The position numbers and the translations under genes were made by a program. The notes below the pieces were generated by a model. That model was not told the origin of the DNA. It ran no database searches and saw nothing but the letters and a program-made list of their open reading frames with translations. From contig NIVC01000056.1 of NCBI GenBank assembly GCA_002269645.1, positions 124,001 through 188,000 on the forward strand: a stretch of 64,000 nt of DNA. The letters are read 5' to 3'. This DNA is from Macrostomum lignano (taxonomy: Eukaryota). Positions 46,573 through 59,018 of the stretch are shown piece after piece (position 1 is the stretch's first letter; the number at the start of each line of letters is the position of its first letter).

Positions 46573-46722
46573 CTAGGGTTGTAACCTAGTGGTTAAAGCC
46601 TTGAACTCACGATTGAATGGTCGGGGGTTCGATTCTCGACCCTCTTGGAACAATTTTAGTCCTTGAACAAGACATTTAACTCTGAATTGCTTCAGTTCAC
46701 CCAGCTATAAAATGAATACCAA
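46573..46722 (+). mobile_element. Second CORE-type tRNA SINE copy
   Basis: Homologous to 22440-22600 (GGTCGGGGGTTCGATTCTCGACCC; GTCCTTGAACAAGACATTTAACTCTGAATTGCTTCAGTTCACCCAG). Confidence 0.7.
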
Positions 46723-47268
46723 GATTAAACACGAAGGAAATATGAACACATAACACAGAGAAGCAAGTTGTTTGCCAAAAAATCTTTCAAGTTGCGCCTA
46801 ACCAAATCTAGATACTTGCAACTTGCCGAGCACGCAGAAGCCATACAGTGTATTAACTTAAAGTAGCAAGTAGAATTATCCTCGACTGACGAGCCGTTAC
46901 ACTCTGAACTTTACTACAAAGATAAATGAAACAAAATGTACACGAAGAAAAAGTACGAGTATGCTTGCGTTCCTGCAGCCTGGTAAAGCAAAAGCTATTA
47001 TATAGTAAAACTAAAACACGAGACGAAAGATGGACTGCTCTGACGGAAACGCTACAGCCAGTATGGCAGTGGCTTCGCGTGCTACAGATGACTCTAATCA
47101 ATGTACATGTACGGTTAGTTTTGTTGAACCAATCGTACATTTACATACGTTTTGATCAATGTTAAACACGCGGAGCTCCTAGCAGAGTACAACTGCCTAT
47201 ATGCAGCTTTCAAATGAAAAGAGTAGCTGGAATAAAAACGGTGTCACGCGAGCGTTGCCACCTTCAGT

Positions 47269-47712
47269 TCAAACATCGTACACCGTATTCGCCATGTAGC
47301 CGCCGCATGTCTCCTTCTCATTTCCTGGGCAGTTTTTGTCGCACTTCAGCGTAGAGATCTGGCCGTACTTGCCGTACTTGTTGGCGCAATAGCACTCCGT
47401 TCCGTTCTGCAGCCCCATGTGCTTCATGTTGGCCTTCTTGCACGCGTCTCGGCACAGCACGTGAGTGAGGCTGTCGCTGTGAAACGACGCCTTTCCCATG
47501 TCTCGAGCGTTGACGCTGTCCGCGTAGCAGCCCTTGAACTTCGTGGCCGGTCGCTCCTGGGACCTCTTTGATCCGACGGCTCTACCGGCCGCGAATATTC
47601 CGGTGAAGGCACCGGCGATGACTGGAAGGATCGGAGGACAGGCCTGGATCTCCAGACAGACGAGGCTCAGAATGAAAAACAGCGCGGTAAGCAGTCGCTG
47701 GTTGACGAGCAT
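47269..47712 (-). CDS. Secreted WSC-domain protein, paralog 2 (147 aa, intronless)
   Basis: Differs from paralog 1 at 8 residues; intact ORF. Confidence 0.9.
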   Translation of the reverse strand: MLVNQRLLTALFFILSLVCLEIQACPPILPVIAGAFTGIFAAGRAVGSKRSQERPATKFKGCYADSVNARDMGKASFHSDSLTHVLCRDACKKANMKHMGLQNGTECYCANKYGKYGQISTLKCDKNCPGNEKETCGGYMANTVYDV

Positions 47713-48118
47713 CTTTACAGAAAAGAATTTTTCTTCTGTGTTGGCACTAGCTTCTTAGAGAGCAGGAGTAACAGATATCTATTTGGATCAGCTTAGAATT
47801 CGTTGAAGTCCCTTCTCTATGGGACGCTAAGGCCATAGACAGATTACAGCTCTCGCCTTACAGAGAGAAACAAAAGTACAAAAGTACAAACGTTTAACTT
47901 TTAGAAGAATACGCGAACAGTAACTTCTATTGACAGTCACACTTACGCGGTATACTATCGCAGATTTACTCTTTTTAATCACAGTGAAAACGCGCTGACT
48001 GACTGTTTCGTTCCTAACTTGCAGGCGTTAAGTCTCAGTCCCTAGACAGCAGCGCTGGCTGCCCCTCCCACCTGTTTCGCTAGCGCGAGTGTGCGAGATC
48101 CCTCTCGTCTTTTGCATT

Positions 48119-49098
<980 letters not shown>

Positions 49099-50299
49099 AC
49101 ACGAGGCGCAATTGAAACCATCGCATGAGCCAATTTGGTGCGTATTGAGGTGATTACCTTATTCCCCATTCTAGAACTCCTTTTTCAAGAAAGGGAATTT
49201 ATTTTATTGAAGCAGAAGGGTAGTTACTGACACGAAATTTATCACGAATTTGCTTATTAAAAACAGTTGTTAAGGTGATTGTCAATTTACTTGGTGATCG
49301 TTATCCGAAAGATTGCCGATCCAACGGTCTTTATGGGAGAACTCCTCTTTACTAGGTAGGCCCGATAGTCTTGGCGAAACACCCATGGGCAAAACACCGC
49401 ATTGGTGCTTATACGAGTAGTGAGCGGAGCGCCCGATGACATTTGACAGTGTGGCGCTGCCCTCTGACTACGACCCTGAATACATGTATAAATCTTTTTT
49501 TCAAATTTAGATCGAAATGCGCAAGCGTTAAGTTTCTCACAGACTATTTTAGCTGCTTTAGATGGCTGCCAAATTTCATGAAGTCACTTTTGTCAAATTC
49601 GAAGTTAAAAGGGGCTACTCTACATATAGCTTATTGTAGCCCATTTGGGACCTACGAGTACACGAATTGAATTTAATCCAAGATAATCCGAGATATTGAA
49701 TATACCCTATAATTTAATGTTTGGATGAGGACGCATCTTTTTTCTATCTTAAAACCGCACATTTTGCTTCGATGCGCTTTTTCCCCTACTGTCAGTAGGC
49801 TAGCTTAGGACTTTCTCTCTATTCTCTCATCTAGGCTGGGTTCTAATTTATGACGTTATTATTAATTATTTTAGATACTCAATGTACTTCCCTTAGGATT
49901 CTAATTTTGGGTTGTTTACGCATCTTTGAAGATCAGGCTGTCTGGGTCTGAGACGGATTGACCTCTAACAGTCTAGACAGACGACACTAAGTCTGGGAGG
50001 AATGTTTTTAATCTCATTCTGACCCCCTTATTGGTGACTTTTTCACTATTTTTAGTGACTTATGGCGGTCTAGCTGTCGCTTTTGGCTCCAGCCTGTCTG
50101 GGTCAAAGAGGTCTTTCCAGCTTTCTCCCCACTCGCTCTGTTACCTTCCCCTTTGATTTATGGGCGTTTTGCAGTCTCTTTTGGCGCCAAGATGTCTAGA
50201 CAAGTGACTCTTATTATGCTTTGCACATGATTTATGACCGCACCTGTCAACTTCCCTGGGGTCTGAAGGCCACCTGGTGGGGTGGGTTTGGAGTCTTGA

Positions 50300-50445
50300 G
50301 CTCAGCCAATCAGAGACGACCTGACTGCCCCGGCTCGTCCAATCAGAAAATTCGGCGCCTATTTTAACAAAAGCTCTCAGCCAATCAGAAAATTCGGCGC
50401 GCGTTATAACAAATCGGCCGCATGAGAGCCATAAAAGGCGGCAAC
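50300..50445 (+). promoter_or_regulatory. Promoter-like cluster: three CCAATCAG boxes followed by a TATA-like CATAAAAG
   Basis: CCAAT at 50306, 50339 and 50381; CATAAAAGG at 50430-50438. Two boxes share the extension CCAATCAGAAAATTCGGCGC. Confidence 0.55.
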
Positions 50446-51101
50446 TCGACCCGCGCTCGAAACAACTCGGCCTGATACTGCCTTCAGGCTCTTCTCCCTT
50501 CGGGATCCTGCCGACCTGATCCCCCTTCCCCCGGCAGTTTCGGCTGCAACAGCTAAGTTCCCCCTGAGAAGCATCATCGATATTTCCCGGCAGTGATCTA
50601 AGAGCAGCAACGACCTCCGGCAAGGGAAGAGTAGCGGCGGCACTCGTCAGTTAGGATCAGCAGCAGCATCCAGTCTGAGCGCTTCGGTCTCTGCGGATCC
50701 CTTGGCTACCGGCAGATAGGTCCTCTGATTGGTTTGGTCAGAGGCTTTCTTGACCTGCTTAACTAAGTGCGCCCTTTGTCTGACCCCTCCCAATTTAGTC
50801 TGATAGGATTTGCCCTTTTGCTTACTAGCTTTTTGTCCATTAGCGGCTATCTCGTATGAAACACAATCATGAGTTTTTATAGTTGTCCACGTCAATTATG
50901 GGCCGCGGTATAAAAATCTTGCATGAATTAATATGCAAACGCAGTTTTATTTCATTTTCGTTATAATTTATCGAGCTAGAGTCGGAAAATCGTGTAATGC
51001 ATGAAAGCATATTCCACGAGTAAAAAATATGGACATACTTCACGAATTTCAAGTCAATTATGGAAAAATATATTCAAGTTTTAAAACGATCGTCATTACT
51101 T

Positions 51102-51747
51102 TGTGACGAATAAAGCGGAAGACTTTGTGTAGCGGATAATTGGGATTAATCTACGATCCAGCAGATCAGCAGCCGATTTTATCAGCGTGAATTTGCAGAT
51201 TTAGTATATTTGGATTGGTGCTTAATTTGATGCGCCTAGCAAGGGCCGGTCAGGATTCAGTTGATTGGTGGGTGGGCTGAGGCAGGCGGTAGAGGGTTAA
51301 GGTAAAGAGGCCAGACAGCTAAGGGACCCGCAAGCTTAGAGCGAGAAGCGAAGCGACGAAGCAAATGGAGAGAGCGGCCGCTGACTGCAAGTGTATTTTT
51401 ATAATTGGTGAGTAAACAAGATAACAACAAGCTTAATCCAAAAACCAGACAAACCCCACTCAGGCGAAATGTACATGTACAAATTAATCGATAAATATAT
51501 CATACAAGAATAACATACGTCAGTACATGTACATAGGTAGGACTACTTTACGATAAATAATAACGATATGAATGAAATACAAATAATAGAATAAATACAT
51601 AAGAGGCTACAAAAAACAAAGCAATTAACAGTAAAAATAGCGCGATAATAATACGTACGAATATTGTTAAAATAAATGAAAGAATACGGTATGCATATGA
51701 AAATAAAGAAATACGATACACGCGATTCTACGAATCACACTGTCACA
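51102..51747 (-). repeat. 3' LTR of the Gypsy element (646 bp)
   Basis: Termini TGTGAC...GTCACA; directly preceded on the minus strand by the purine tract GTAGAGGGGCGGG. Confidence 0.8.
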
Positions 51748-52668
51748 CCCGCCCCTCTACTAAAAAATACTGAAAAACGAAAAACAGAAAATACGAATAT
51801 ATCGAACAGCGATGAAGAATTATTAACAAAAAACTTATTTCGAAAATACCGAACAAAATAATTTACATGCGAGTTCAATTACTGGTATTGTTGGCATCAG
51901 TTATTCGGATGAAAATATTGAAAAATACACAAAGCATTGGAACGAACAGGAATTAAAACAGATATTTGTCAAAGAAATGCTTCTCGCATTTCAAAATATT
52001 GAACGATATTTGGTGCAACGAGTTAGAGCCGAATTAAAGTACTCACAATGATTAATTATAGGAAATATCAAAGGTGTCGCAAACCAACTCAAAACACTAC
52101 AAAGCAAATCACGAGACGCAAAACCGGCACAGGCACACCCTATGACTAAGAGAACACACCAAAGCGAGACGAAACAGGGCGCACCTAGCAACCTAGAAAC
52201 ACCAAGCAAACGGAGCACGAGAGAAACGGGAAAAGAATTCGAGCAAGCCCGGAGGCGAGCTCAGGTCCGCGCACAAACACGAACCCAGCCGGGGACCGAT
52301 CAAGAACGACCGCAAGGGCACGCCGATCAACGGCGCCGGAACCGACCCCGGAACCAGACGAACAGAGACCCTATGGTGCTCTGCACAGCCACACAGGCTT
52401 GACAACGGCGGCAGAAAACGCGCTAAAGACCGACAAGCGCTACTTAAGTACAGACGACACGCGATTGAATGACGATGCAAATTAACTAAACTCTAGGACC
52501 GTAAACTACATGTATGAACTGATGATGTATGAACTCTGTACTTTGTTATCTTGGAACAACCCTGTTTATTTTATTTTTGTGACAATTATATTAGTTTTTA
52601 TGCGTTTTTAAAGGAATATTTTCTGAATATTAATTTTACCCGGCCGAGCGAGTTGCGATCGATTTTTA

Positions 52669-54408
52669 TTAATTAAATTGCTGTGCTAGAAAATTTCGAA
52701 AACGTGCCGGTTTGGTAACAATCCTTCCGGATCTAGTCGTCTGTGTCGATTGAGGCAAGGAAATGGCGTCAATCTGTTCTTGTGGAGCGACAGCTTCCAT
52801 CGTGGTCTCACTGTCAGGATCCTCGATGGCTTCTACCGGCATACCGGCTTCCCCCCTAACGGGACTGTCTTCAGCCGGAGCTTGCTCCTCGGTGACATCT
52901 TCTGCCGCCTCCTCCAACAGATCGCCATTTTCATCGAACACAGCTCTGCCACTCTGTTTACCGTTCGAAACCTCGTGCGGATCACCTTCATCGATTACTC
53001 CCGCCTCTCCTTCCAAGGGCTCCATCGGCGGGGGTGGCACTGCAACTGGCAGGTCGGGAGTGGCAACTGTGGTAACCTGCTGGGACTCATCCACAAGCGC
53101 TGATGACGCACTTTCTGATACCTGGAGCGGTTGAGTCGCAGCACTTTGATTGGAACCGTTGATGGAGCACGAAGACAACCAGGTAGACTGGTCGTCTCCT
53201 CGCAAGCCTACTCTTGACGACGGCATTCTGGCTGGCATGCGAGTCCCGTACCTGTCCACAACATCTTCATAAGTCTGTTTGCGCACACAGCGCTTCATCC
53301 GATCGACATTGTACACATTGTGAGACGGGTTGGGAATGCGCTCCAAAGGATTTATTCTAGCGAATTCTGGAATGAGTCTGTAATTCCTCTCCGAAATCTT
53401 TTGCACCACCTTGTATGGTCCAAACCAGACAGCACTGTCGAGGCCACGGTGGTCGGCGTTGAGGACCCATACAAGATCGCCTATCTCGAAGTTAGAGTTC
53501 AGCGCGCTGCGGTCATAGTAGCGCTTTTGGCGCTCTTGGGCCTTTCCACGGGCATGGCGCGCAGCCGCTGATACCTCCACGAGCGTCTGGTGCAGATAAT
53601 GTGCATACAGTTCAGGTCTGTACCTATCTTGAACTGGTGGATTATGAACGAGATTTAGCTCGTGTCCAAAGAAGATCTTTGCGGGAGAAAATCCAGTGGA
53701 TTCGGCGACTGTTGCCCGAATCGAAAGAGCTGCTAGCCGGGCTGCAAGAGGCCAATCGAACTGCCGATCCAAGCAAATAGCACGAATCTGACCTTTAACT
53801 GTCTGTATCATTCGCTCAACCTTCCCGTTCGCTTGTGGACGTCGTGCTGTGACACGCGCCATGTCCACCTCGAGAAGTCGAGTGAGCTCAGATACGGTGC
53901 TGTTGACAAAGGCTGTACCGTTGTCCGAGACTATCTGTTCCATGCACCCGTATCTCGCGATCCATTCGGTCAGGATATTGACTGCAGTCGTTTCCGCTGA
54001 GACATCGGCTACGGGAATGACCTCTACAAAACCCGAAAATCGGTCAACCATCACGAGCAAGTACCTATATCCTGCTTGCTCGGGAAACGGACCAGCGTGA
54101 TCAACGTGGACTACCTGGCCCGGGTAGCCCGAGAGTTCGGGCTGCAGCGGGGCTTTATGCTTCAGTTTTGACTTTTTTGTTCTGGCGCAGACGTCACACT
54201 CAGCTATGATTCCCTTGACATAAGTTTCTAGGTCGGCGATGGCGAAACGAGATCGAATAGCTGTCAGGGTTTTTGTGATGCCGCAGTGATTGAGCTGTCG
54301 GTGGTATTTTGACACCAACTCGACAACATCTGCGGTCTCTGGAATCACTAACAGCTTATTGACTGATTTTTTTGTTCTTTTTCGGCTTAAGGTGATATAA
54401 GAGCCCAT
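52669..54408 (-). CDS. Gypsy integrase (HHCC, DDE core, GPY/F) with long acidic C-terminal extension
   Basis: YHRQLNHCG...CDVC, VHVDHAGPF, IVSDNGTAF, NGKVERM, WFGPYKVV, terminal TTRSGRIVTKPARF. Joined to the upstream ORF by a 1-nt frameshift in the A-rich tract near 54370-54385. Confidence 0.93.
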   Translation of the reverse strand: MGSYITLSRKRTKKSVNKLLVIPETADVVELVSKYHRQLNHCGITKTLTAIRSRFAIADLETYVKGIIAECDVCARTKKSKLKHKAPLQPELSGYPGQVVHVDHAGPFPEQAGYRYLLVMVDRFSGFVEVIPVADVSAETTAVNILTEWIARYGCMEQIVSDNGTAFVNSTVSELTRLLEVDMARVTARRPQANGKVERMIQTVKGQIRAICLDRQFDWPLAARLAALSIRATVAESTGFSPAKIFFGHELNLVHNPPVQDRYRPELYAHYLHQTLVEVSAAARHARGKAQERQKRYYDRSALNSNFEIGDLVWVLNADHRGLDSAVWFGPYKVVQKISERNYRLIPEFARINPLERIPNPSHNVYNVDRMKRCVRKQTYEDVVDRYGTRMPARMPSSRVGLRGDDQSTWLSSCSINGSNQSAATQPLQVSESASSALVDESQQVTTVATPDLPVAVPPPPMEPLEGEAGVIDEGDPHEVSNGKQSGRAVFDENGDLLEEAAEDVTEEQAPAEDSPVRGEAGMPVEAIEDPDSETTMEAVAPQEQIDAISLPQSTQTTRSGRIVTKPARFRNFLAQQFN

Positions 54409-57240
54409 TTTCGACTTTCAGTTCATCGAACAGCGACCACAAGATTCTAACTTCACGACTGCAACTCTGCAGGCTAGCCTTAGGAGGCTTTTCTGTACGG
54501 CCCTGCACGCAATCGATCAGCTGAGCGATGTCAACGCAAGTCTCTTGTGATTCACGTGCCCATTCTAGTTCCGGGTCAACTGACTCGACTGAGGATTCGC
54601 TGGATGCCGATTGTTCGACTTCAGCTACCCTGACTGCTAGTCGAGACGTTTCGATTGGCATTGTCGCTTCGACAGCGGCCTCTGTGACCGGAACTGTAGT
54701 GAAAAATGTGCACTGTGTTGATGTGTTGCTTGTGAATTTCTCGGTTTGACAGGCTGATGTTACTACTGTTTCGATATTGTGACAGCTCGTGACAGGCGAG
54801 TCTGTCTGGCAACATACGTCCGCTACAGAGCATTGCACTGCGGCGTCAACTTGTTGCCTTCTGATGTTAACTGATGCTGACTTTTTAGCTTTCTCGCTTT
54901 TAAATTTCTCTTGAAATTCAGGTACCATGCTGCATGACGGACAGTCGAAGTGATCGGCACGAAAGCGAGGATTTCGGCTCAGCATATCTGCCGCCACATG
55001 GTCTTTCCCTGGCCGGTACTGGACCTCAAAGTCGTATTCTCCGACTCTTTCAAGAGCTGACTGTTCGATCTTGAATTCGTACAAATCTATGGTCGCGAGC
55101 CACTGCGCGAGCATGCCTGTGGCATGTTTCTTAGAATGAAGCCACTGCAGGGCTGCGGCATCCACTCTGACTGTGAAAGGTCGATCTAACAGATATGTAC
55201 GAAAGTGTTCTAGCATGAGTACTAACCCTAGTAACTCGCGCATGGTTGCACAATAGTTCGACTGACTCTGTGAAAATTTCTTAGATGCGTACGCAACGAC
55301 TTGTTCTGACCCATCTGGGCCTATCTGAGATAGCACGCCGCCAACTCCTTCAAGTGAGCTGTCGCAGTCGAGCACGAACCCACGACTGTCGGAAGACAAG
55401 TCCGGATACGCTAATACCGGTGGGTTGCACAAACAGCGCTTGAGTTCTTGGAATGCGCGTTCGTGGCGTTCTAACCACACGAACTTTTCCGAACCTTTAG
55501 CCAGCGCGTACAGCGGCGTGGCAATAACTGAGAATCGTTGTACGAATTTCCTATAATAGTTGGCAAAGCCAAGAAACGCCATTAACTGTTTCTTGTCTTT
55601 CGGTCTACACCACTCTTGGACCGCTCGAGTCTTGGCTGGGTCGGCTTCGATACCGTTAGACGAGACTATGAACCCTTAGAACTTAACTCTGTCTTTAAAT
55701 AGCTCACACTTCGCAGGTTTAATCTTCAGATTGGCCTTGCGAAGTTGCCAAAGCACCAGCGCTAGGTGCGCGATCATTTGGTCATTATTCTGTGCTTTTA
55801 TTATTATATCATCGAGGTAAATTAGGCTAACTTTCATAAGCAATGGCTGAAATACCTTGTGCATTAATTTAGCGAAATTCGCTGGGGCTGTTTTGATTCC
55901 GAATGGTATTACTTTCCAACGAAACGTGCCCTGTGGACAAGAGAAAGCTGTAAAATCTCTGTCTTCTTCTTTGATTCCCACCTGCCAATAGGCAGAGGTT
56001 AAATCAAGGCTGCTGAACACCGAAGAACCAGCCAGGCTGTCAAACGACTCTTCAATTAATGGCAATGGAAAAATACACGGTCTAATTAACTTGTTTACAG
56101 CTCGATAGTCAATACATAGTCTCTGAGACCCATCTTTCTTCTTAACTAACACTATCGGTGATACCCAGTCTGAATCACACTCTTCAATTACATCCTGCTT
56201 GAGCAATTGACTAATATGTTGATCTAAAAACTCCTTTTGAGCTGGAGTTGTTCTCCTCGAAGCGAGCAGAACCGGACGACTGTCCTTGTCAATCAGATCG
56301 ATTGACATTTCATGTAGCTTTGTTCGACCGAGATCACTATCATCCTGCGAGATCTGGCTTAAAAAGTAATTAAGCATGCGCAAAGTTAGGGCTAATTGAT
56401 TTGGAGTCAGACTGGACTGGTCGAGTCGGAACTGTTTCACAAGCCATTCTGCTGTACCTTTTTCTGGTGGTGGTAATCTTGAAAGCTTACTATTGAGGAG
56501 ATTGCAGTTGTCTATGGAAAAATCCTTCTCAGACAGAGCAGTTGGTACTACAACTTCTCCATGACCGAGCTCTTGAAAAGATGCAATCTCTTGGTCACGC
56601 TCAATCCTAGCTGGTTGATCGCTACTATTTAGCAATCGGACTAACACGTGATTCGTCGGGCTGACTCTATCCACTGACCTAGCTACAAAAAATTCTGAGT
56701 CTGTATTGAAAAGTTTAGAGGAGACTGTGCCACTCAGGTTTGGCTCAGTGTCAATCACTCGACTCGGCACTAGGGTTTCCGAGTGAGGTGGTAGCTCAGA
56801 GGTACAAGCAGCCAATACACGGCGTATGCGAAACACCCCCTTATCGCCCTCGATCACAGGCACTGCTCCACCGGCCACGAGTACCTGGCCACAGGTGAAA
56901 TCCAGCAGCACCTGGAAACCACGGAGGAAATCAATACCTAAGAGCGATTCAGCAGTGGATTCTTCGGTCACAAGGAAAACGTGATGTTTTTTAATCTTGC
57001 CCAGTTCCACTTCGCAACGTAAAGAGCCTAAAATCTGGGTGGTGGACCCGTTGAAAGCCGTTGCCTTTGCGTCTTTGTGCGCTAGCGAAAAGATGTTGTT
57101 GATCGGATCGGCTTCAACCAGTCTCTCCATGGCTTGCTTCCCCATCACGCTGGCGTTTGCCCCCGAGTCAAGGCAAGCCATGACTTGGTTGTCCCCGATT
57201 CGCAACTGGACAAAGAAGCTGGAATCCACCGCAGGCTCAT
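54356..57240 (-). CDS. Gypsy protease, RT and RNase H; interrupted by TAA at 55676-55678
   Basis: CLDSGANASV; WVSPIVLVKKKDGSQRLCIDYR; LDLTSAYWQV; YLDD; KF*GFIVS (TAA where Leu is expected, same frame continues); LDCDSS, ELLG, VDAAAL, ADMLSR. Confidence 0.93.
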
Positions 57241-57609
57241 AGGGGGGCCGTAGCCCAGCGGTAGCGCAGCTGCTCTGGTGTGCCAGCGACCCAGGCTCGA
57301 TTCCAAGTGCAGCCACATTAATTTGGGGCTGAATTGGAATTTCGGCTTGGCTCGCTTGTGCAATTAACGGCCTTGAGAGCCAACCCCCCAAGGCGCAGTG
57401 AAGTGTACATGCCTAACAATTGATAAAGTTAGGGCCGCTGTACACTCCTGTGTGAGTGTGTGCCTGCGTAACGTATCCGCGCGCTTGTATGCCTGCTCAG
57501 GGGAGTCGGCGGAATGGGCAGTAATGCCTCTCGCCGGTTGTGTGCCTATGTCGCCTAAAGTGCGCCAGGGTGCACACAACCCCCCTGCCTCTAATAAAAA
57601 AAAAAAAAA
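57241..57609 (+). mobile_element. tRNA-derived SINE (family B) inserted antisense into the Gypsy gag-pro junction
   Basis: A-box-like GTAGCCCAGCGG, B-box-like GGCTCGATTCC, poly(A) tail; TSD ACCGCAGGCTCAT at 57228-57240 and 57610-57622. Confidence 0.93.
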
Positions 57610-57622
57610 ACCGCAGGCTCAT

Positions 57623-59018
57623 CGGAACTAGTTTGGCCTAAATGCGTCTGATTGATCGATGGAATTGGCCTTACCCTACAAGCCTGATCGCGCTTCTTGC
57701 CCGAGTCAATTTTCCGATGGAATTGGACTCTTGTGCCCACGAGTTGGTGCTGGTCAGCCGAACGGTTCAAGGATTCAGACAGCTCACCACGGTGAAAGAA
57801 GAGCTGGTCGGGAAGTTGTTCTGATTGAATGAACCCGAAGTTCCCCTTCCAGGAAACAATTGAACCAACCTCCGACATATGCTGGGCCTGATTATTTGGA
57901 GGATGACTCTTAGCAGCGGTCTGGTGAGCTATTGGAGGTGATGGTGTGATGGGACAGTCGGCAATGAAATGGTCCTCACCACCGCACCTGTAGCATTTCC
58001 TTGATCTGGACACCGCTGTACCAAATTGCTGAGTTGCCCCGTGATTTGGCGGTTGTTTATTCTTGTGCTTGTTATGTGGCTTGTGTTGGTTTGAATTTTG
58101 GATTGACTTGTTAGATGGTTGTGGTTGGTTGACAGCAACAGGCTTGGAAACTCCAGCCTGGTTCTGGAGTCGAAGGAGTCTCTCTAGCTCTTCTACTCTT
58201 GCCTCCAGAGACGCCTTCTCGGTTTCAAGGACACGGATATTCGCAGAGGAGTTTGGAGCGGGTTGCAGAAGTTGCTGAATACCAACGATCTCCTTGGCCT
58301 TCTTAACCAACTCGGCAGACGGGACAGTCTTAGCCTTTGCCCCACTAGACTCATCACTCACCCCTGCATCACTGCTCCAAAGCAAGAGTTTTTCTGCGAG
58401 CACCTTATCCCGAATGCCATGGCACAGCCTCGCTCGTAATAAAGGTTCAGCTTCGGTTGATGAGAGGTCTGCTAACCGGGCATAAGATGCTAACCTATCG
58501 TAAAACTCGGCAATCGATTCGGTGCTGTTCTGGTGAGCGGCAACTAGTTCCATATAACTTTTCTCCCTAACGTTAGAGTCAGTGTAACGCGCTCTCATAG
58601 ACTTCAGTGCCTCTTCACAGGTCTGATCCGTGAGATTGTTATTTAGAAAGTACTCCTGGCATTCTGGTGCCAGAAGGGACAGCAGGACTGCAGTCTGTTG
58701 AAAGTAAGGAACCCTATGAGCTTCAATGTACGCATTGAACTGAGCTTCCCAGGCATCAAACTTCGTGGTGCAAGTGAACAACGGTGGCGGCCGAAGCTTA
58801 ATGCCTGAAGCTGTTTCCTTCTGTTGACTCTGGTAGAACGATTGAGAACGGGACTCTCTTGAGAATTGATTTTCTAACAACCGGTGCAGTGCGGCAATGG
58901 TACTAGCAAGAAGTGGCTCTGAGTCTGTAGTGTTGCTTGCCACAAACTTTCTTTCCTGAGCAGAAGCGTCTGGATTTGGAGAGCCAGCAGTGGCACTCCT
59001 GTCCTCGCGGTCACTCAT
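57623..59018 (-). CDS. Gypsy Gag: capsid-like region, CCHC knuckle, cold-shock domain
   Basis: MHR-like QNSTESIAEFYDRL; CYRCGGEDHFIADC (57995-57954); CSD-like EVGSIVSWKGNFGFIQ...LFFHRGEL...VGTRVQF...ACRVRP (57872-57666). Confidence 0.88.
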
